A stretch of 64,000 nt of DNA from Candidatus Magasanikiibacteriota bacterium (GTDB taxonomy: Bacteria; Patescibacteriota; Patescibacteriia; Magasanikbacterales; GWA2-37-8): the NCBI GenBank assembly GCA_016189025.1, contig JACPGS010000019.1, positions 16,272-80,271 of the forward strand, written 5' to 3'. The first letter of the stretch is position 1; every line of letters begins with the position of its first letter. The notes under the pieces are model-generated. The model was not told the DNA's origin, did not search any database, and worked only from the letters and a program-made list of their open reading frames with translations. A program made the translations under genes and the position numbers. Of the stretch, positions 57,783-64,000 are shown one piece after another.

Positions 57783-58817
57783 ATGATTTTTAATTATACT
57801 TTGCTTGAAAAGTTACTTTTGCGTTTTAATGTCATTCCACATCCAGTATATGATGCATTAGTAAATGTAATTGCTGGCAGAGCATTACAAGCCAGTTTGA
57901 AACTTGGTCTAGTTGATCTTTTAAGCGAAGGGTATCATGGTTTATCTGAAATTCAGCAGCGCCTGAGTTTTTCTACTGAAGGTATAGAGTTATTAATGAC
58001 CAACTTAGTTGCGCTCGGGTATGTAAAAAAAACTAAAAAAGACATGTATAGTTTATCAAAAAGGGGACAAAGGTTTTTTAATATAGAATCGAAGTATGCA
58101 ATAAGGAATTTTGTATATTTTTCTGAACAAGTTTATAAAGAATTTTTAGATTTAGAACAATCAATAAAAAGTGGCGAAGCGGTAAGAAGCCTGGAAACCT
58201 TAAATCCACAGCAATGGGAGATATTTACTAATGCAATGATTGAAATGGCGAGAACTAATGCAAAAAGTATAGCGCGGGCAATACCCTTGCTTCCTAGTCA
58301 AAAAAGGCTCCTTGATTTGGGCGGGATGCATGGTTTATATGCAATTGAATTTTGCAAATATTTTCCGCAGTTAACTGCGGTAATCGTAGATTATGAAGAC
58401 GTTAGGAAATATGCTGAACGATTGATTGCGCAAAATAATTTGCAGGAGCGTATTATATTTCGCGTAGGTGATTTCGTTAAAGAGAGTTTTGGTAGTGGTT
58501 ATGATATTATTCTTGCGTTCAATATCATCCATGGATTAAAGGCGGATGTAAATAATGATTTGACAAAGAAAGTTTTTTCCGCTTTAAATCCTGCTGGCTT
58601 TTATGTAATTTTAGATCAGATTAAGGATAGTTTCACAATGTCTAATCTCTCACGGTTGTTTGTTTCTTCCATTGGTTTGATGTTGTTAAATAAAGTTGGT
58701 GGGAAAACCTATCCTTTGGAAGAAATAAAGAAATGGTGTAGAGATGCTGCTTTTAGTAAATTAGAATTTAAAAGAATGATGCCGCCAGGTTACGGTATGA
58801 TAATAGCAACAAAATAA
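57783..58817 (+). CDS. O-methyltransferase (methyltransf_2 type with dimerisation domain)
   Basis: N-terminal wHTH (LKLGLVDLL...LVALGYV), RLLDLGGMHGLYA, GDF, NIIHG, LNPAG. Confidence 0.85.
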   Translation: MIFNYTLLEKLLLRFNVIPHPVYDALVNVIAGRALQASLKLGLVDLLSEGYHGLSEIQQRLSFSTEGIELLMTNLVALGYVKKTKKDMYSLSKRGQRFFNIESKYAIRNFVYFSEQVYKEFLDLEQSIKSGEAVRSLETLNPQQWEIFTNAMIEMARTNAKSIARAIPLLPSQKRLLDLGGMHGLYAIEFCKYFPQLTAVIVDYEDVRKYAERLIAQNNLQERIIFRVGDFVKESFGSGYDIILAFNIIHGLKADVNNDLTKKVFSALNPAGFYVILDQIKDSFTMSNLSRLFVSSIGLMLLNKVGGKTYPLEEIKKWCRDAAFSKLEFKRMMPPGYGMIIATK

Positions 58818-58829
58818 ATTTTGATAGTT

Positions 58830-60455
58830 ATGGAAATCTTCCAATTTTTTTCATCGATAAAGACGCTTATATTGATTTTTGCTGTAATGGCGAATATTTT
58901 GTTAGCTATTTTAGTATTGCGTAGCAATATTAAAAGCGCAACGAATATAATTTTTATATTATTCAACTTCACCACCATTGGTTGGTTGATTGCCGCACAC
59001 GCCTACTCGCTTTTGTCTGCCACTTCAGTTTTTGCGTTATTATTAACTCGCCTCAGCCTTTTTTTTGCAGTACCCATGTGTATGTTGTTATTCTTATTTG
59101 CGCATACCTTTCCTTTTAATAAAATTCAATTAAAAAAGACTATTTTTGATTTATTCATTTTTTTTACCATCATTCTAATGTTGCTTATGTTGTCGCCATA
59201 TACGTTTATTGGCGTGGCTGCGGCGCAGAATTCTCCTAAGCCGTTGTTTAGTTTTATTATTCTTTCCTTATTTATATCCTTCATAATCATTTTTAGCATG
59301 CTTACGGTATATACTCTAATAAGAAAGTTTTTAACATTTAAAGGTGTAGAGAGGCGACAGGCTTACATTATTCTTTGGGGGATATTTTTGCTAGTTGGTC
59401 TAATTATTACGACAGTTTCCATCCCAGCCATATTTTTTGGTATTACAAGTTTTGTATTTTTAGTCCCATTATATACTCTCGTTTTCGTAGGTGCCGCTAC
59501 GTATGCAATAGTAAAGCATCATATGTTTAATATTGAAATAATCACTACAGAAATTTTGGTAATATTATTATGGGCCATCCTTTTTTCAAAGATTTTGATT
59601 GTTGGGCAAGTAAAAGGCAAGGCTTCTGACATCGTGATTTTTGTGATGACAATCATATTTGGGATTTTTTTAATAAGAAGTGTAAAGCGGGAAATTATGC
59701 AACGAGAAGAACTGTCCAGTTTAGCAGCCTCACTCCAAGTCGCCAACACCCGTCTTAAAGAACTTGATCAACAAAAAACCGATTTTTTGTCCATTGCCGC
59801 GCATCAGTTGAGGACGCCGTTGTCCATTCTCAATGGCTATTTGGAATTGATGCGGGAGAAAGCATATAAAAAAGAGGAGTTGGCAGAAGTATATTCTAAC
59901 ATGGAGGCGAGCAATCAACGGCTGGTAAAATTGATAGACGAATTTTTGGATATTACCAGAATTGAGCAGGGCCGCACTAAATACGATTTTGTGGAAAAAG
60001 ATATCCGGGAAATTATTGATAGCGTAATAGAAGAATTTACCGAACGGTTGGAGCAAAAGGGGTTAAAGATAACATGGCACCGGCCCCCCGAGGCGTTAAA
60101 GGCCAACTTGGATACGGAAAAGATTCGGCATGTGGTGTTTAATTTTGTTGATAATGCTGCCAAGTATAGCGAGAAAGGCACTATTACCATTGAAACTGCG
60201 GCAGAAGATGATGGTTTGGCAGTGAGAGTAAAAGACCATGGGATAGGTTTTAATAAAACCGATCAAAGCAATCTGTTCCAAAAATTTTATCGCGGTGAAA
60301 ATGTAAAACATATTGATGTCAGCGGTACCGGATTAGGGCTGTATGTATGCAGCAAGTTTATAGAAGGACATAAGGGGAGGATTTGGGGGAAAAGTGAAGG
60401 GTTGGGGAAAGGGAGCGAGTTTGGATTTTGGATTCCTTATGTGACTAATCAATAG
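58830..60455 (+). CDS. Sensor histidine kinase with N-terminal multi-TM (7TM-like) sensor
   Basis: Seven or more hydrophobic helices; FLSIAAHQLRTPLS, NFVDNAAKY, DHGIG, FQKFYRG, GTGLGL. Confidence 0.92.
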   Translation: MEIFQFFSSIKTLILIFAVMANILLAILVLRSNIKSATNIIFILFNFTTIGWLIAAHAYSLLSATSVFALLLTRLSLFFAVPMCMLLFLFAHTFPFNKIQLKKTIFDLFIFFTIILMLLMLSPYTFIGVAAAQNSPKPLFSFIILSLFISFIIIFSMLTVYTLIRKFLTFKGVERRQAYIILWGIFLLVGLIITTVSIPAIFFGITSFVFLVPLYTLVFVGAATYAIVKHHMFNIEIITTEILVILLWAILFSKILIVGQVKGKASDIVIFVMTIIFGIFLIRSVKREIMQREELSSLAASLQVANTRLKELDQQKTDFLSIAAHQLRTPLSILNGYLELMREKAYKKEELAEVYSNMEASNQRLVKLIDEFLDITRIEQGRTKYDFVEKDIREIIDSVIEEFTERLEQKGLKITWHRPPEALKANLDTEKIRHVVFNFVDNAAKYSEKGTITIETAAEDDGLAVRVKDHGIGFNKTDQSNLFQKFYRGENVKHIDVSGTGLGLYVCSKFIEGHKGRIWGKSEGLGKGSEFGFWIPYVTNQ

Positions 60456-60460
60456 GGATT

Positions 60461-62053
60461 ATGATTATTATTGATCAACTACGCGCTGTCCTTTGGGGTT
60501 CAGTGACTATACTCAATGGTTGGTTAGTGTATTTTGTTTACAAATCAAACAAGAAGAGTATTACAAGTTGGTTATTTACTATTTTGAGCATATCGCTCCA
60601 ATGGTGGTTATGGTCAATTTTTTTAGCGTTTATTTATTTCGGTCCTTTCTTCCCGCGACTGAGTATGTCTGCTGCAGTATTTATTAATACCAGCACATTT
60701 TTGTTAGCTTATGTATTAGCTTATAAGAAGTTACCTAAAAAAATTGTCCTAATGTGCTTGGTTATCTGGATCATTATAACGGTGCCCTTAACTTTATCTT
60801 CTTATGTTTTTGAGCAAGCAAGTACGAGACCGATAATTAATGCTGTGCCAGGCCCAGCGATTCATGTTTTTGGTATCCCCACACTTATTTTAATTTTTGG
60901 CGCGATCTATGTTCTTATTAAAGCCAGCCTTACAGCCACAGGTTTAAGAAAGAAACAAATCCAACTATTTTTGTACGGGATAATCGGAATGTTTTCCTGT
61001 ATAATTTTTACCATTTTTTTACCAATTGTTTTTTTCCAATATGCTTCCTTTGTTCAAATTGCTCCTCTTTACGTATTTCTTTTTCTCGTTTGTGTTGCCA
61101 TCGCCATCCTCAAATATCAGCTTTTCAATGTAGAAATCCTGGCCATTGAAGGGTTGGCCATTCTCCTCAATGGCGCTCTTTTTATTCAGCTGTTATTTTC
61201 CGAAAGCACCAGCGGAGTAGCGGTGCGTTCTTTAATTCTGGCGACCTCGGCAGTTGTTTCTTATTGGTTTGTAAAGCTTCATAAAAGACAGTTTAAGCAG
61301 CAGGAAGAAATAATGCGCCTGAAGGTATTTGCCGATTTGGACAAGAAAAAAACCGAATTCCTTACCATCGCCGCCCACCAGCTGCGCACGCCGGTTTCCA
61401 TTATCAGCAGTTATACCAGCCTGATTGAGGAAGGCGCCTACGGGCAGGTGAATGCGGAGCTGAAGGAAGTGCTGGACAATATGAGCGACAGCACCAAGTG
61501 GCTGGTGCGCCTGGCCGATGAAATGATGAGCATCGCCCACCTGGAGCAGAACCAGGTCAAGTATCACTTCTCGCAGTTTGATCTGGGCAGTCTGGCCGAC
61601 GGCGTGGCAAAGGAATTAGCTTCTAAAGCCCGAGAGGCTAAAGTTAAATTGGTTTGGCAGCGCCCTGCTAAGCCCAGCCCGGTGCGGGGCGATGCGGAAA
61701 AGCTGCGCGCCTGCATGCTTAATCTGCTGGACAACGCCATTAAGTACGGCAGCCAGGAAGACCGGGCAAGCGCTGTTACCATTACTTTGCAGTCCGCCAA
61801 AGACGGCTATCGTTTTGCGGTGGCGGACCAGGGTTTGGGATTTGCGGAAGCGGACCGGGCGCATTTTTTTGAGAAATTCTCGCGCGGCGACAATGCCCGG
61901 GGCGTCCACGTCAATTACAGCTCCGGCCTGGGCCTCTACATCGTCAAATCATTCGTGGCCGCCCACGACGGGGAAGTGTTTGCCGAAAGCCCGGGCCTGG
62001 GGCAGGGGAGCACGTTCGGGTTTTGGGTGCCGCGGGAGAGAAAAGCGGAATAA
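60461..62053 (+). CDS. Second sensor histidine kinase with multi-TM sensor
   Basis: FLTIAAHQLRTPVS, NLLDNAIKY, DQGLG, SSGLGL, GSTFGF. Confidence 0.92.
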   Translation: MIIIDQLRAVLWGSVTILNGWLVYFVYKSNKKSITSWLFTILSISLQWWLWSIFLAFIYFGPFFPRLSMSAAVFINTSTFLLAYVLAYKKLPKKIVLMCLVIWIIITVPLTLSSYVFEQASTRPIINAVPGPAIHVFGIPTLILIFGAIYVLIKASLTATGLRKKQIQLFLYGIIGMFSCIIFTIFLPIVFFQYASFVQIAPLYVFLFLVCVAIAILKYQLFNVEILAIEGLAILLNGALFIQLLFSESTSGVAVRSLILATSAVVSYWFVKLHKRQFKQQEEIMRLKVFADLDKKKTEFLTIAAHQLRTPVSIISSYTSLIEEGAYGQVNAELKEVLDNMSDSTKWLVRLADEMMSIAHLEQNQVKYHFSQFDLGSLADGVAKELASKAREAKVKLVWQRPAKPSPVRGDAEKLRACMLNLLDNAIKYGSQEDRASAVTITLQSAKDGYRFAVADQGLGFAEADRAHFFEKFSRGDNARGVHVNYSSGLGLYIVKSFVAAHDGEVFAESPGLGQGSTFGFWVPRERKAE

Positions 62054-62067
62054 GAAATAAGTAGAAA

Positions 62068-62190
62068 TAAACCCGACCCTGCAGCAGAGCTGCAGGGTAT
62101 CTGGGCGGGTTTTTTAGTAGCGGAGTCGGCTCCGCCGACGGATCTATCTTTAATTGTCCGCTTACCCTGCGGCAGAGCCGCAGGGTATTC
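62068..62190. repeat. Pair of GC palindromes (IS200/IS605-end-like) plus terminator
   Basis: accctgcagcagagctgcagggta and taccctgcggcagagccgcagggta; aaacccg...cgggttttttt. Confidence 0.55.
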
Positions 62191-62222
62191 GCGGACTTCT
62201 AATAAATAAGGCGGATACCGGT

Positions 62223-63416
62223 ATGCCTGAATCCAAGCAAAATTTTCCTAAAACTATCACAGCCGATTTTGAATACACCTTCAAGGTATCGGCGGACGGT
62301 CTTTATGCTATCACTATCAACGCGCGTTGCCGCTCGATTGCCCAAACCGGCGCCAGCAACGATGAAGATCTTCGGGTGGAAATTGCCGGTCGCCAGTTCC
62401 GCGAATTGCCGCCGATTGATAAAGTTCAGTATTACAACATTCCGCCGGCCTGGAACGGTACGGAGTTAAAAGGTTTAACCAAGACCATAGTTTTTATCCT
62501 GCGACTCGCTGCCGGGGATTGGCGGCTGAAGCTAACCCCGCGGGGAGAGGCGGTAATTGAGCGGCAACCGGCAATTCATTTAATTGCTAACCTGGCAGTG
62601 GTTGAGTTTAAGCCGGATACCCAGGCTGAAGATGGTGATCGTCGGCCGTGGTATACTTTTGTTTTAGTGGGGCTACCGTTGCAGTCTGTTTCTGCTGATG
62701 TCAGCGTAGGCTGGCATTGGTGGGATGGCGATGATGTTAAATTAGTGATTGACGGTGCAATTCAAAAAAATTCAGAATCTCGTTTTCACCGCGGTTGGTT
62801 GTGGTCAGCTAGTTTATGGCAGTTGTTTGGTGACAAACGAGAGCAGAAGCGTATTGAGGTAAATTTGCAGCGAGGCCTCCATTATATTGAATTTGGGGCT
62901 GATCGCACACCAACGCTCCATGCCGTGAGTTTGGATTTAGGCGCTGGCGGAGCAAAGCGAACCCCGACGCGCGAAGATCCAAAGTGGACTGGAAATAATT
63001 TTGCCGATGACAGCGATCAGATGATTTTAGCGCGAATGATTTTCGGTGAGGCCAGGAGCGCTTCCAATAAAGCGAGAGCGGGAGTTGGTTGGACAGCGCG
63101 GAATCGTCTTACCATTGGTGGTTGGCGTGGCAGAATATATCGCGAAGTAATTTTGAAAAATTCGCAGTATAGCGCTTTTAATCAAGGCGACCCTAACCGG
63201 TTATTGGTGGAAGATCCTTTGCGCGCTGAAAATCTAATAGACAAACAAGCTTGGCTTGATTGTTATGACCTTGCCGGGCAAATAATTGCTGGTGAGGTTG
63301 ACGATCCAACCAATGGCGCGACTAATTATTATGACCAAAGCATTACGGCGCCCTCTTGGGCGACTAAAGAGAATTTTATTATCAAGATTGATACGATTTT
63401 TTTTCATCGGTTATGA
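62223..63416 (+). CDS. Protein with C-terminal SleB/Hydrolase_2 cell-wall hydrolase domain
   Basis: LARMIFGEAR, VGWTARNR, QYSAFN..DPN, DPTNGATNYY, FFHRL. Confidence 0.8.
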   Translation: MPESKQNFPKTITADFEYTFKVSADGLYAITINARCRSIAQTGASNDEDLRVEIAGRQFRELPPIDKVQYYNIPPAWNGTELKGLTKTIVFILRLAAGDWRLKLTPRGEAVIERQPAIHLIANLAVVEFKPDTQAEDGDRRPWYTFVLVGLPLQSVSADVSVGWHWWDGDDVKLVIDGAIQKNSESRFHRGWLWSASLWQLFGDKREQKRIEVNLQRGLHYIEFGADRTPTLHAVSLDLGAGGAKRTPTREDPKWTGNNFADDSDQMILARMIFGEARSASNKARAGVGWTARNRLTIGGWRGRIYREVILKNSQYSAFNQGDPNRLLVEDPLRAENLIDKQAWLDCYDLAGQIIAGEVDDPTNGATNYYDQSITAPSWATKENFIIKIDTIFFHRL

Positions 63417-64000
63417 AAAGATCACTGAAGATTGGCATCGGCTTTTTTACGGTTTGGGGAGTAATTAACTTTGCCTTCTTTTCAATTATAGTGGTTAACT
63501 ATTTAAAAGAAGATTGGGAAGACTGGCGAACTACCCCTAAGGTAAAGTTAGCAGCAATACCGCCTGCGTCTGCATCACAAGTTTCTTCGTCTACGGTAGT
63601 CCAGCCGGTAGTAGAGCCGGTTGAAATTACCCATTTGTCTAGTTCCGATTTTGAAAGATTGACATTGAGTGAGAAAGGAGAACCGTTTTATTATTTGCAT
63701 TTCAAATTACAGCCGGTTACCTACCAGGGTAAATCAATGAAATCTTTAAAATTTTCTCCGCTTCGGGACAAAGTTGGTTTTCTTTATGAATCTTCTAATT
63801 ATGGAATTGCCGAAGATCGGGCCTTGGTTGCTTTAGACATCAAGACCAAACGTTTTATCAAGGTTTATCAAGGGACCTTTCGCACGGGGTCCTGGAAGTG
63901 GGAAGACAATCACACAATCATTGTTTTGCAATCGTGTGGGACGCATTGTTTGCTTGCTTCACGTCGCGACGCCGGCACCGGTAAAGAATTGGCTTTTTAT
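63413..64000 (+). CDS. Membrane-anchored hypothetical protein (3' truncated)
   Basis: ATGA overlap with the previous stop; MKRSLKIGIGFFTVWGVINFAFFSIIVVNY TM; frame appears open to the window end. Confidence 0.6.
   Translation, partial: MKRSLKIGIGFFTVWGVINFAFFSIIVVNYLKEDWEDWRTTPKVKLAAIPPASASQVSSSTVVQPVVEPVEITHLSSSDFERLTLSEKGEPFYYLHFKLQPVTYQGKSMKSLKFSPLRDKVGFLYESSNYGIAEDRALVALDIKTKRFIKVYQGTFRTGSWKWEDNHTIIVLQSCGTHCLLASRRDAGTGKELAFY

Noticed and set aside
1-64000. CRISPR array, rRNA or tRNA genes
   Set aside because: No regularly spaced repeat-spacer series and no cloverleaf or rRNA signature seen; the repeats present are palindromes or coding repeats

Overview
64-kb bacterial window, standard genetic code. 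It looks like a Patescibacteria/CPR (Parcubacteria, ABY1-like) chromosome: weak or absent Shine-Dalgarno sites, short ValS, 'LLGAGC' lipoprotein-type leaders and DnaA-box-like motifs beside promoters. The taxonomy is inferred. Bases 1-16 kb are mostly housekeeping (two tandem gpmI, degenerate DHH, valS, tyrS, arfB, argS), with a small AT-rich NYN/SIR2 islet and a RHH/PemK toxin-antitoxin pair. Bases 16-64 kb are an accessory surface and interaction region in which two gene sets are interleaved. Set A is a putative small-molecule synthesis and sensing module: Leu/Phe dehydrogenase, phenylacetate-CoA-ligase-like protein, ThiF adenylyltransferase, Acg-type nitroreductase, O-methyltransferase, two multi-TM histidine kinases and a lone receiver. 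Set B is a group of giant secreted proteins: a myxobacterial-style Cys-rich lipoprotein, a Zn-PLC-like protein, a transglutaminase-like polymorphic toxin with an RNase tip and SMI1/KNR4 immunity, its 1770-aa partner, and a ~2990-aa S8+M23 protein. Three of these share a ~170-aa repeated module. An exact 17-bp direct repeat (the first 17 nt of the paaK-like gene, also found right after the dehydrogenase stop) indicates that the 15.6-kb toxin block was inserted into, and split, the set A operon. No rRNA, tRNA or CRISPR array was recognised. All family calls come from reading motifs by eye, not from database searches.
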